Origin: Phoronis australis
Taxonomy: Eukaryota; Animalia; Phoronida
Length of the DNA stretch: 58,558 nucleotides
Assembly: GCA_002633005.1 (NCBI GenBank)
Contig: NMRA01000710.1
Location: 129,960-188,517, forward strand
Direction: 5' to 3'
Shown here: in pieces, positions 11,996 to 24,500 of the stretch
Layout of the letters: each line of letters starts with the position of its first letter
Numbering within the stretch: the stretch's first letter is position 1
The notes under the pieces: model-generated
What the model saw: only the letters and a program-made list of their open reading frames with translations
Databases searched by the model: none
What the model was told of the DNA's origin: nothing
Position numbers and translations under genes: made by a program

Positions 11996-14712
11996 CAAGG
12001 AGTGTACAAGTACAGGAGAGTTCACTCCGCCATTTTACCATTCGCCGCAATGGTTACCGGTCGAAACACTAGCGCCCCAACCGGTGAATAATCAACACTC
12101 AGTTAGGAGCGTAGTCCAAACAATGTAAACACTGATAAATTCATAGTTTAATGACATTCAACGTTCAATAAAACTACTATGTGATTGAAAATGGTTAGAA
12201 TACATAAACTAACATCCACTTACAATAGATTGAGAAAGAAAATGTAATGTGTATGTTATTCAGTATTAAATTGTATTTGTTTTTATTCTTTTGAGCTCCC
12301 TTCAAAATCCATTGATCATGGTTTTGTTTCATGTTTGAGTTCTTAACACGGCAATTATCGTTCCTTATAACAGTTCATACTTCCATGGACTACATAATTT
12401 GAATGATTGCCCCTGGGGGTTCATAGGGGAATTCCCCCCAGGTGCCAGCTAAGGGGGTACCAGGCAAAAACCTGGTGGGCGCCAAATGGGTGTTGACCCC
12501 CTCCTAGGGGGGTTACATGGGAGGAGTGCTAAACAGGTAAAAACCAATGGGTATGTATGCCACATGGTTGTTGAGCCCCTCCCATCGTCACACATTTTGG
12601 TTGCTCTCCTGACCATTGACAAACATGTTGCTCCGAGCTCACTGCTGGTTTCATCTCCACCCAACAATTTTGCATGTGTTCCCTATTCAATGCACCAGGC
12701 TACTAGCAAAGCAGAAAATTGTTTTGTGCAGTGGGTGTTACACAAGTGAGAAGAAGAAAGCAAGGTAATTCATCACTACCACAAAATCGTAATGCAATTT
12801 TAGAACATTCCATTATTTGTTATACATGCCAGCATAGGGCTCAATCCCACTCTCCCACTCACCAACAGTTCCAAGTCACTTGCTAATCTGTAGAATAGCT
12901 CACAACTTACAAAATGAAGTAACATTGAGTATATCATCACTCATAACTAGTCAAAGTTCAAAATATCATGACAAAATTTAAGAGGTACTGAACAGCAATC
13001 AAAATATTCACTACCCACATAGCTTCATACAAAATTGAATTAAAAAGACTTGGATGATAAAACCAAAATTTTATTTTATATACCCACTGTTCCTATTATT
13101 AATAACAGTAAATACTTCATGTAAGTTAAAGCCAGACCACAAGATATCTGAAACCTAGCCACAACTGGGGCTTAAATTAATCACAATCTCCAAAAACGTA
13201 CAAAATAGGCAACACATACACCAACCAATAGAACAAAAAAAATCTGACCAACCTTGTCACTCTCTACTAATTCACTAGTAAACAACAGCACTTTTCGACA
13301 AAGAAATGCGCTATAAATAAAGCTGAAAACTAATTTACTCACAGAGGTGTTTGTCATCGAGAAGCAAAATGATAGGATAGCTTGGGTTTAACAAAATTTC
13401 AGCCTACCACTCAGACTCGGAATGATCCATCAGTTTCTCTTTGGCTCTCTCCAAATTACAGGCTAACCATTCATAAAATGTTTTAATCTGATCAACCTAA
13501 GTAAAATAAGAAAACCAGATTTTGACTAATTGTCCTTTCTACACGTGATGTTCCAGTACTTGCTTTGTGAGACGATAATCAGAAATTAAAAAAGCTTATT
13601 CCAGAGCTGTAATTTTATTTCCGGAGAATTGTTTGACCCTGACGTCTTCAGTTTTGGTGGATTCGGGACATCAAATATTGTTCGGTCACTGCAGTCAATA
13701 CCAGCTTGTTCTTCATTCATGAACATGGACTCCTCGAAGTGATGAGAGCATAACTTGCAGTTCTTGGACAAATAGGCTGCATCTCTATTCATAAGGTCAG
13801 CTCCCAGCGCCTGCACCTGAACAGAAATCAATGACTGAGAGACTCAGGAACAACCCTCATACTCACTAGAACACAGAAGTTTGGTAGCCTACACTAAAGT
13901 ACACTTCACTACAGAATTCCTGTCGTACTGTGATTGTGATAGAGACAAAGGGTTCTGGTGTCAACTGAAAAAAACTCTGATTCAAATGTTGATCCACGGA
14001 TATTTTAACAGGGCCGTGCCCCCGCATCAGTCATTGACACATAGAATTAAGTTTTCAATGACGCACTACTTAACTTAATTGGTCCAACTGGCACATTAAA
14101 ATTATGTTGATTTTTTCACCTTTTCGCCGAGACCCACGGATTCTCTAATTTGACTCATGACAGACTTGTGGCCCTGAGGCTGTGATTGTGCCATGGCCGT
14201 GTCACCAGTCATATTACCCATGGCCATGGGCATGGGTATGTTTTCCTAAATTATCCCTGCGATCGTACGGGTGACATTTTGATTTGGAATTCATGGACTG
14301 CAGGTATCCAAAAAGCTGACGATCACATCGTACGTTCATCATAGTCCTTCCGCCGGCAGCCCGGCTGTACTGTAGCGAGTAGGCGTAGCCTACACTGCAG
14401 ACAACAGTGGCAACGGGACTGCGATCGACTTGTCTAACAACCGTGAACAGAACACACAAAATGAGAGACAATGCATCATATTATTGAATAACAGATAATC
14501 CTTTCCTTTCTGGATCCTTAGGAAAGCTAAAATATGACACGTCTAGGGTTTTCGTGGATGAATTCATGCAATTTATCGCACTGCAAAATGCGTCCTTCTC
14601 CATTGTTTTGGCGCTTCCTGGTTGACAGTTGCTTAGTCACCACTTGGCGGCGCTAGTAGTAGCGGTAACAGCGATCTCACAAGTGAACTCTCCTATACTA
14701 CTGCACTCCTTG
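11996..14712 (-). mobile_element. P-superfamily (P/Galileo-like) DNA transposon derivative with 30-bp TIRs and 7-bp TSD
   Basis: Left end CAAGGAGTGTACAAGTACAGGAGAGTTCAC; right end reverse-complements to CAAGGAGTGCAGTAGTATAGGAGAGTTCAC; CTAAGGG duplicated at 11989-11995 and 14713-14719; internal THAP coding remnants; no catalytic domain seen. Confidence 0.8.
13650..14603 (-). pseudogene. Decayed two-exon THAP (C2CH zinc-finger) domain of the P-like transposase
   Basis: 14603-14506 reads MEKDAFCSAINCMNSSTKTLDVSYFSFPKDPER. After a CAG acceptor at 13819-13817 it reads CRRW, then a frameshift to ..KNCKLCSHHFEESMF..TIFDVPNPP. The expected donor reads GAAAG rather than GTAAG. Confidence 0.8.
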
Positions 14713-15917
14713 CTAAGGGTATCAGAGGTCAGACTTTCTGTTGCATCCAGCCAGGGCCAAAAGACCGTGTGCATAAAGAATTTTCGGATTTGTTAACTAA
14801 TTTTGCTGAGCAGTCGCTGGTCGTCTGGAACCGTACCTGGCTTGAACAGAAATAACAAAATGAAAGCGATACAATGAAATTGGTCTTGATTTAAATCAAA
14901 TTTGATAAATATGATAATCCATCAACATTCCATCGAGCAGACAATAGAAATTCATAGTGCAAACTTTCGCGGCTACTCACGGGTTCACAATCTCTAATAT
15001 TAGAATGCACAGGTCACGCGCGGGAGTTGGCATTCCAATGCTAGAGTGCTATGCACACGCATTTCTAACACAAATTCACGAGAGGTCACTCATATTGACA
15101 AGGTGCTCGCAGGCATGTACCAAAAATCGCGGGTAGGCGGTACTTTTCAGCATGTTTTTCGGGACCTGCGTGGGCACAATTATCCCCGAAATTTCCATTT
15201 CGTCCCCGCATAAGGTCATTGTCCTCAGCTGCGCAAAAAGCCCACTAGCAGTAATCCTACAGAAAACTCTACCCGGCAAATGGGGGTAGAAATTAACAGA
15301 CCTGGCAATAGGGGTCTCGGAATGTTAGTACACGCCTGCGGGCGCCTTGTCAATGAGTGACGCGGGGAGATTTTGGTCGAAACAAAAAATAACAATAAAC
15401 TGGTACTGAAGTAATGATTATATCTGGCAAATTTCAGCCGTGTTTGAGTTTTAACTTTATTCCTCATAATTTGTGTCGATTACCGAATCTGTTCTCATTG
15501 TCAAAATAAGCAGCGAGATACCTTAAAGCCTATCTTCAACGATAACACCTGGAAATTTGGTTCCTACAAAGAGCATCGCTCAGAGCCCACTAGTGCTATA
15601 AATTGTCTAATGTAACGAACTTTTTGGTGAATTGGCTTGCTTTTTTCTACGTCACCTCGAGAATCAGCTGCAAATAACACCCGCACGCAATGGTGTTCTA
15701 TTCAGACCTATTAAATACAACCTCACCTTTTGTTGTTTGTACTGGGATCTCGCGGTGACGCAATATGGCGCGAAAAGGCAGCTTCACTTATCATTTGACG
15801 GGCTTACATTTGCGTGATTGAACTCGCGCTTTCTTATTTTACCAAGGCTTTGCTAGGACTATCTGGTTAGCCCAATGCATCTAAAATAATAAAAATTCCG
15901 TTGAAGTTAGGATTTAA

Positions 15918-16446
15918 GGAGGCCTGGAACGCGATAAACAGGCTCAATTGCAATGTTGAGACTGGTTCTCTACCACTAAAACAGAATTTAGCCTAGCCAT
16001 CTGGTATTTTTAAGATTTCTTCTTAAAGATTTTAATTTCTATTGATATCAAAGCATTTTCTTTTAGTTTCAAAATTTCAAAAAAAGACGATCGGTCAACT
16101 TTCTCGTATAAGCCAAGACACGTCTCCTTATTTGGTATTTCAAGACATAGACGTAGTATATTTCCCTTATATGGAAAATGTGACCTTTAACCTGAAACGA
16201 CTTTAAGCAAGTGACTGAGCCATGCGCGCATTTATCTTGCGTGGGAGGGAAATTAAAAACTGGTAACGACGGAATTTTTTCTTCGCGTGTATTTCGAAAA
16301 TCGTGAAAATTTGTGTTTTTTTCTGGAAATTTCGTCATATGGGAATGTGAATTGGTACTTTCTTCAGGGATTGTTTAAAACATATTTTTGACGAGCTTTT
16401 AACCTTAACAGTCGTTGATCTATTCACTTTATGTTTGCAGTTCTCC
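15918..16446. mobile_element. Possible short TTAA-flanked non-autonomous element (Kolobok-type ends)
   Basis: TTAA|GGAGGCCTGGAA ... TTGCAGTTCTCC|TTAA; the terminal inversion is short and imperfect. Confidence 0.4.
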
Positions 16447-16694
16447 TTAATGTTTTGGAAGGTTGTGCACCAGTATGTAACTAAGAAGTAACTGGACAGT
16501 CCATGTGGCCACGCGCCAAAAAGGTCTTGTCAGCGTCATGCCTTATTAATGTTTTCATACACAATGCTTTTGTTTCAAAAGAAATGCAAAGTAGCGTTAT
16601 ACGTGGTGCTTCAGAAAGAGTGCAATTTTAACTGCAAGGCAACTCCCTTTATTGTGTACATTATGCCTTGATGTTATTTTTCTTTTGCATGTAG

Positions 16695-16790
16695 TTCAAG
16701 AAAGTCGTGTCTGATGTACTGGTAGATGCGGTGAAAAACTACAAGACGAACCCTGCTAGCAAAAATCTAATGGACGCTGTGCAGACCAAC
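16695..16790 (+). CDS. Tetraspanin exon 4: EC2 constant helices
   Basis: T-rich tract plus TAG acceptor; FKKVVSDVLVDAVKNYKTNPASKNLMDAVQTN ends in the typical D..Q.. motif before CCG; GTACGT donor; 96 nt, phase 0. Confidence 0.92.
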
Positions 16791-17149
16791 GTACGTAACA
16801 TTTTTAAATTTAGTGTAGAGTGCGCCTTCATCTGCCTCCACCATGGGTTTGGCACGCGAAGACGCACCCCAGCACCAGAGCAAGTTTTGGCAGAAGTTGA
16901 TGCTTGTTTTTTTAAGTTTTGCTTATGTTAGTACTTGTAGTACGTTGCTTACTGGGAGTTAAATGTATGGTAATAATCTACTTTCGATACCAAGGATCGA
17001 CTTTCTAAACTAACGTAGTAGTCTTAGTGGACCCACTTAACTTAGTAATAATAGTGGACCCACATAACTCTGAAATACTAGTACACCCGTATAACTATAC
17101 ATGTTACATGAAATCACCAAAACAGGGTTTAGCATCCTTGTCGTCCTGG

Positions 17150-17330
17150 GTTTTAACTCCGCTAGTCGAGTATTGGACTTCAACTGATGAGGTCGTGGAT
17201 TGCACTCCTCGTAAAGGCAGACCCCATGTACATTTTTGTCGCAAGCAATGTCACTTTCAACAGCTATTTAAGAAATTCGACCCTTGGTAACCAATGTGTG
17301 TATCGCTGGAAAGTCTGCGACACCTCAGAC
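17150..17330 (+). mobile_element. Possible very degenerate tRNA-derived SINE
   Basis: tRNA-like head (gagtattggacttcaactgatgaggtcgtggattgcactcc) followed by a stretch loosely resembling conserved SINE core sequence. Recognition is from memory only. Confidence 0.3.
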
Positions 17331-17597
17331 TTTGCACATGGAACTTAGGGGCCAGTGTCTGTTGACTTCTTTGAGGTACCTTTGAAACAACTCCTTTGAC
17401 TGGAATAGATGTGCGCCTATGAGGCCGACGATGGATGACGGAGACGTTCGGTTGCTGTACTCCGTCGTGACTGTTTGATGTTTTTGGGTTTGCCCCTGTA
17501 TCTACCAACTTCCTTGACAGATTTCCTGAAATCCGGCAAATCGGTTTTTATTAGTGTGACGAATACGCTTCTCGCAATTTGTGCTTCCTAGAGGTCA

Positions 17598-18937
17598 TTT
17601 TATGCGCCCACATATATATGTGGTCGCATATTGCCGTCATCTCTGTCTGGGCGTCCGGCGTCTGTCACCCGGTGTCCGCCGCTGTATCTCCTAAAAAACA
17701 CCTCACAGGATCTTGATGAAATTTGGCAGATGTGTTCCTATGAAGCTGACGACGGACGATGACGAATTTCTGACCTCTCCGACTACCGGTGTGTCCTCTA
17801 GTGTCATTTTCAGAGGTTCTCAACGGATTTTCATAAAATTTGGCAGTTAGGCATCTATTAGTGAGGTAATGCCATCCTCTCTTTTTGGGGGCGGACTCGA
17901 GATACTTTGCGCCACTCGGCGTCTGTCCTTTTTCAACCAAACCGCTCAAGGGATGATTTTGAAAATTAGCATATATGTTCCTATTGTGAAGAGGGCGGCT
18001 AACGACGATTTTCCAATGACGTAGATTACTGTGGCGCCTCCTAGTGGCAGTTTTGTTTGTTTTTGTGCCCATGGCTGTATTTCCTAAACGCTCTACAGGA
18101 TCTTTATTGAATTTTGCTGGTGTATTTATACGAAGTTCACAACAGAGGATTACGACTTTCGGCCAGGTCGGGCTACTGGAGTGCACCCTAGTGGCAATTT
18201 TATTTTTCACGTTTACCTATGTATCTTCAAAGGTCGTCAATGGATTTTCAAAAAATTTGGCATATGGACATCTGTTAGTGAGGTGACGCTATCATCTGGT
18301 TTTCGGTTGTATTCGAGGCATTTTGCTCCAAATTGTGGCCCTTTTACCGTTTTCGAGTCTGTTTTTTGGCATCTGCCCCTCTGTCAACAAAACCGCTCTA
18401 AGGGTGATTCTAGAAATTGGTATGTATGGAATTTCATAAAATTTGGCAGATTTAGCTAGTAGTAAGTTGACCCTATTCTCCGGATTTCGGTTTGATTCGT
18501 GTTATTTTGTGCGATTTAGTGGCCATTTTTTACTGTTTACCTGTCTTGATATTTGCCCCTCTGTCAACCAAACCACTCTAAGGGTGGTTGTGGGAATTGC
18601 CATGTATGTTTCTAATGTGAAGAGGAGGGCAGACGATGATGTTCCGACGACTTTCTCTACTGTGGCACCTCCTTGTGGCAGTTATGTTTTTTGCGCCTAT
18701 AGCCTCTTAGTGGCAATTTCATTTTTTCGTTTTCCTCGGTTTCTCAGAAGTTTCTTAATAGACTTCTATGAAATTTGGTTAATAGCTTTGATGACACCTA
18801 ATTATAAGCTTTTGGATGGATTCGACGTGTTTTACGCCATCTAGTGACCGTTTTTATGTTCCAAATAAACACCCCTAGAAGCACACCGTTTGCGTTGCTT
18901 TCGTGGGCGCATTTCAATGCTCCGCGTTGCTCTTGTT
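17598..18937 (+). mobile_element. HINE-like element, copy 3
   Basis: Starts TTTTATGCGCCCAC..GTGGTCGCAT and ends GTGGGCGCATTTCAATGCTCCGCGTTGCTCTTGTT, the same termini and core repeats as 5702-7257. Confidence 0.75.
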
Positions 18938-20996
18938 ATTATTTCGAATCGTTCGTGTAGTACGGCTGAATTTGCGATTCCTTAAATAACGTTTAACGCC
19001 CTCGTAAAACAAGCAAATTGACTTTTATGTACGTATTTGAGCACCTTTATGAATGATACTAGAGTATCGGTCAAGTCAGTCAAAGAGACTTGATGCTTGC
19101 ATATTAAATCAACGACACCTGACAAAACTGACAAGCGTCCCAACCACTCGGCAACTAGGCAAATACCCGTTAGCTAAAGGTTAAAGGAAGCTACTAAAAT
19201 GATTCACCGAAAGTGATTCCCTTATTTTGAGCACGCTGCTGCATCATTTGCAGTCCCAGATTATTGATAATGGTTAATCAGAAAGGACATTTCTCGTTGT
19301 TTTTTTTCTGTTACGGCCTACATTCGACATAGGGAAATCAGTATGTAAGGAAACCTTCCAGTATTTCACCTCTGCACTTACCGTCCCTTTGAGAGAGCCA
19401 TCGCGTTAAAAACACGCTTTTATGAAGGTAGCGCGGGACCAGCTTCCTTTGTCAGCAAGATCCGCATTGAAAATTACATTGTACGCATTCGTGGAGCTTC
19501 TTCTCTGAACCATAATTCCTTTCGACAAACTGACTTGTAAAACCTAAAAATCGTTTATTTCTTAAATTTAACTGGAAAACAGTTTTTAACTCCCTCGAAA
19601 GATACTTAGTATTACACACAGTGCAAAAAGTGAACCTCTATGGACTTCCTGACTGCCAAGGTGCACCCTTTCATAGTGAGTATGACGGTTGATAAGCCAC
19701 GAATCTGGGAGGCATGTCCGAAATACACTCATGTAGCATGAAAAGTGGTCGCATTTCTTGCTATACTGCTTATATAGATTCCATTTCTCATGTTCATTTA
19801 TGCTGGGGGTGTGTTTTTGTAGTGCGCTTACAACGATGTCTTTAAGAACACCTCCTTGGACAATGGAAATACCTTTTTGGCACCTCTTTTGCACAGATTA
19901 TCAAGTAAATTCAACGAACATTGCAAATAGGTGATGCCTTGTTCCCACCCACGCTACTAGCGATCTTAACGTTGAAGTAAATGTGTGGAGTACCTCATGC
20001 AGCTTCGTGTCAGCCTCCAGCCTGCAGTTGACCTCAAGCAAGCCGAAAACATTGTCTGTATTTACTTCCATAATAATTTGGAAAGTCTCGTTGATACTGG
20101 AACAGTGGGGTTATTAATGTATTGCCGCTACGTAGTGGACGTCAATATGGAATTACAAGTACTGTGATTTGACCAATCTGTAACCTTGTAATTGTTGGGG
20201 GTTCAGCCTTGTTAGCTAAGTTTAACGACGTCACTTCTATAACTAATCATTAGCGAGAATAATAATTGAAATCCACTTTGTTTCGAGGCGGCCGTGTGAA
20301 TACCAATGTCAATCATATGTTAATTACGTCGTGAGTGAGTGGAACTATTGAAACCAGGATTCGATTGCATGCCGTGAGAATTTATTGAAATCCCAGTATA
20401 AAAACATCGATAGTTTTTGTGGAACGGGATCTCTGGACCCGGAACAAGGTTACGTTGGTGGTTTTGATGTTCTGACGGATCTGACTACTGCGGTGCTCAA
20501 TTGTGGCGTGTATCTACCTCAATATCATATCCATACCTCGATGGATAGTCCTGAAGTTCCGGACATAACATATTGACGAAAGCATCCCTTTTGCAGATTT
20601 TCTGCCGGGTCTGACCAGTCTTGCGCCCCCAGTGGTAAATAGTCCTTGCGCCCACCTCATCTGCGTGTCCTACTAGCTGGATCTTGGTGAAGTTTTGCAT
20701 GTATACTCCTAAAGGGGAGTGTACAATTGATTTTAGTCTTGAACGGATCCGACCAAGAAGGGAATATTTGAAAAAGTGATTAAATATCTTTATAACTTGA
20801 TTGCTTGCTTTGCACAACGCGAAGTAGTTCCCATATATTGTAATTACACATCGTTGTTCTGTTCTTTTGGTGCAATACCATGGGGATAGTTCAATATGTG
20901 TTAAATGTGTGTGCACATTTAAGAAATTGTACGCTGCACACAAGTCTTGACATACTCGGAGAACTTATACTGTTATGCTGTCATTTCATTTTGCAG

Positions 20997-21089
20997 ATGG
21001 ACTGTTGTGGGTCGAACCTTGGTGTAGGCGATTATGCCTTTCATGCAATAGGAACACCGTCATCCTGTAAACTTGCGAATTACGCAAAA
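20997..21089 (+). CDS. Tetraspanin exon 5a: EC2 variable region, CCG variant A
   Basis: TTTTGCAG acceptor; MDCCGSNLGVGDYAFHAIGTPSSCKLANYAK (CCG..DY..PxxC); GTTAGT donor; 93 nt, phase 0. Confidence 0.92.
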
Positions 21090-21132
21090 GTTAGTAGAGT
21101 TAAATGTTTTAATGTTAATTTCACGATTTCAG

Positions 21133-21219
21133 TTTAAGTGTTGTGGTTATAAATTTGGGGCTCTCGATTACGGCTTAACCTACCGCCCGCGCACGTGCAG
21201 GCTCTCTAGAGACGACAAG
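21133..21219 (+). CDS. Tetraspanin exon 5b: EC2 variable region, CCG variant B (alternative to 5a)
   Basis: TTTCAG acceptor; FKCCGYKFGALDYGLTYRPRTCRLSRDDK (CCG..DY..PxxC); GTGAGC donor; 87 nt, phase 0. Confidence 0.9.
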
Positions 21220-21595
21220 GTGAGCTTGCACGGACACAATATTAGCAGTGCAGTAAATCACACCACGTAATGATGTAGTGCATGCAAATCTGCCATTAGA
21301 CATTTTTAATCAGTAGATGACGTCTAAAATGCTTATGACTGAATGCGATGAATCTAAAATCACTTGCTTGATAGTTAATATTACCCTAAAACTTGCCTCT
21401 TCAAATCCGGCAAGCTGATAAACATGTATCGTCTATTCCCGCATGCAGGTCAATGTCATTCTACTGTATTCTGAATAATGCGTTATTCCAAAAAGTTTTG
21501 ATAAGTGTGTTGGGGCATGCGCCTAAACGTCACCTACAGACGGAGACAAGTGTCTGGATACAGGTGTGTGTCTTGAATTTTGTCTTTTGTGAGTC

Positions 21596-24500
21596 TTTTA
21601 TGCGCCCACATATTGATATGTGGGTGCATATTGCCGTTATCTCTGTCTGAGCTTCCGGTGCCCGGGGCGTCCGTCGTGCATCGTCCGCAGCTGTATCTCC
21701 TAAACTCTTCACAGGATGTTGATGAAGTTTGGCAGATGTGTTCTTATGAAGCCGAATGACGACAATTTTGGACGTATCAGACCAACGGTGTGCCACCTAG
21801 GGGCAATTTTAGTTTTTTACGCTGATCCCTTTATCCTCAAAGGCCCTCGATGGATTTTCATGAAATTTAGCACATAGGCATCAGTTAGTGACATGACGCT
21901 ACCCTCCCATTTTCAAGGCACTTCGCGCCACATATTGGCCATTTTTATGTGTCCACCTATGTACATGTGGGTGTGCCGTCATCTCTGTCTGGGCGTCCGG
22001 GGGTCTTGGGTCCGGCGTCCGTGGCTGCAGAATTTTGAAATTTGGCATATGTGTTCCTATGGGGTTGACGACATAGGCCGACGAGTTTCTGACACACCCG
22101 AATACCGCTGTGCTCCCTAGTGGCAATTTTAGTTTTATTCGTTTGCCTCTGTACATGTATCTTCAAAGGTCCTCGACCCCTTTCATGAAATTTGCCACAT
22201 AGGCATCCATTACTGAGGTGACGCCATCCTCTCCTGTTCGGATGGATTCGAGACAATTTTCGCCATCCAGTGGCTATTCTTACCATTTTCAAGTCTGTTT
22301 TTTGGCGTCTGTCCCTCTAGCAACCAAGTCACTATAAGGATGATTGTAAAAATTGATATGTGTGTTCTTAGAGGACAAACGGTTGACTGTCATTTTCCGA
22401 CTAATTTGACTACTGTGGTGCCTCCTAGTGGCATTTTTTTGGTTTTTGCGCCTATGGCTGTATCTCCTAAATGCTCTACAGGATCTGTATTAAATTAAGG
22501 AAATGTATTTGTATGAATACAGCTTTCCGACAGATCGGACGGCGGGTGTGCCTCCAGTGGCAATTTTAGATTTTTTACGTTGACCTCTGTATCTTCAAAG
22601 GCCCTCGAAGATGTTAGGGAGATATCCATTCATGCTTGGATTGATTCAAGGTATTTTGCGCTAGAGTGCTTAATGGTCATTTTTGTTGTTTTCGAGTCTG
22701 TATTTGGCGTCCGTCCCTCTCTCAACCAAAACCACTCTAAGGATTATTGTGAAAATTGGCAAGTACATGTATGTTAATACTAGTTGAAGAGGACCGTTGA
22801 CGATGATTTTCCGACGACTTCGACTACTTTGGTACCTCCTAGTGGCAGTTTTATTTTTTTGTATCTCCTACAAGGCTAACAATTTTCCGAGGAAACGCGG
22901 ATTTCTTTTTTCTCTTAGCCCCGTATTTTTGTTATACTTCCGCGGAAAAAAATCGGATTTGCCATAAAATTATCTCGGCAAATTGGTTTCTCACCGTGGC
23001 GTTGCCCACGGCTCGAAAAGCGGAAACTGCTCTTTATGTTTCGGAGGAACGAAAATTGTAATCGCGGATCACAGGAGCTCGAATTTCCCGATGACTCGTA
23101 TCCGTATACAAGAAACATGCTTTCTTAGTAGTGAGTGACGTCAGAGGCAATCGAGGAACAGATAAATTCAAGCGCTGGGATAGCGTTGTTCATCAATTGC
23201 GTCTACATTTGCTATAAAATCGCGGCTACAATTAGTGCGATTCTGCTGTCAAAAATGCATGGAGCGTGGAGTAGACAGAGTATTTCGTGGAAAAGTGGAT
23301 AAAAGAAACGGTAAATGTCTTCAAAAACAACATAAGTCAAGGTTTGTGCTCTCTAAACTTTGAGAGAGGAACAATTACGGAGTGCGTGAGCGAGTCGCCT
23401 CGGACTACATGTAAGTTCGAGTCGGAGGATCGACTGAAAACGATGAAACACTAGAAATAACAACGCTCTCTGAAAGGAACTTGAACCGTAACCGGTTATT
23501 CGTTGGATTGGAATCGTGGGATGTGATGCTTGGAATTTTGTTTGATCCCACATGCACGCCCGTTGCCGTTGGCTGCTAAGCCCTAGCTAAGGCCTGACCG
23601 CTTTGAGTGCAATTTTCTACGTGCCGCCGAAACGGGATACAAAGTGCTATTTTCGTTACTGCAAGTGCGTTTTCCATTGACTTTTTATGTATTTCAATTT
23701 ATGTTGACATTTTTCGTGTTCTATTTTGTGACTCGAGTTTTGCAATTTTAGAGAAGTGATCACGTGACAGATTCTGAATGATCTGATTGGTCTCAGCCAT
23801 TGTTTACAAATTCTGCCAGACTATTTTCAGTGTCCTGATAGAACTTTATTTCTTATGTCACATAGTTTCTTCTACACCAGCGTGACTTATGAACAGTCAA
23901 CTCCTGTAATTACTGTTGAAACTTAAAAGTTTGGCCAACTTAGGATTGTGATTGATACATTCTATAAAGTATGTTGTTTTTGACTTTCATTTTTCCATGC
24001 TAACAGTTGGGGCATGAGCCACAGGTTTTCATCTTGACTTTTTTCCATTTGCATTGGAATTAAAATTTTTGTTGGAATTAAATGTGTATGTATTTCAGGC
24101 TTTCTAGATAATCTATGGATCAATTTTCAATTTCTTTGTAATTTTGTATCGTAATCATAAGAATTTAAAATAATTTTATAGGTCTCCCTCAGTGCAGGAA
24201 ATCAAGAATAAGCTCCTGCCACTCAGACGGCAAATTTTTCATCATTATCGTTATTTTAATTAAAAAAAAAATTGTTGCATCAAATTAACTTCATTGTTGT
24301 TGCTGAAGTAGGTACTGCTTAAGATGAGTGCGTTTTGCCGACACGACACAGTAACTTTCGATCTGTTGAGGTATGGTTTAGATTGAAATGTGTATGGATG
24401 GCGGTAAAAATTTCCTTTTTTGTCATGGGTCATTCCATGAGGATCTTTATTAAGTTTAGCACGTGTATTTATATAAAGTTAACTACGAAAGAGGACGACT

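Noticed and set aside
17024-17097. Three short AGTGGACCCAC.TAAC direct repeats
   Set aside because: Too short and degenerate; looks like ordinary local duplication.
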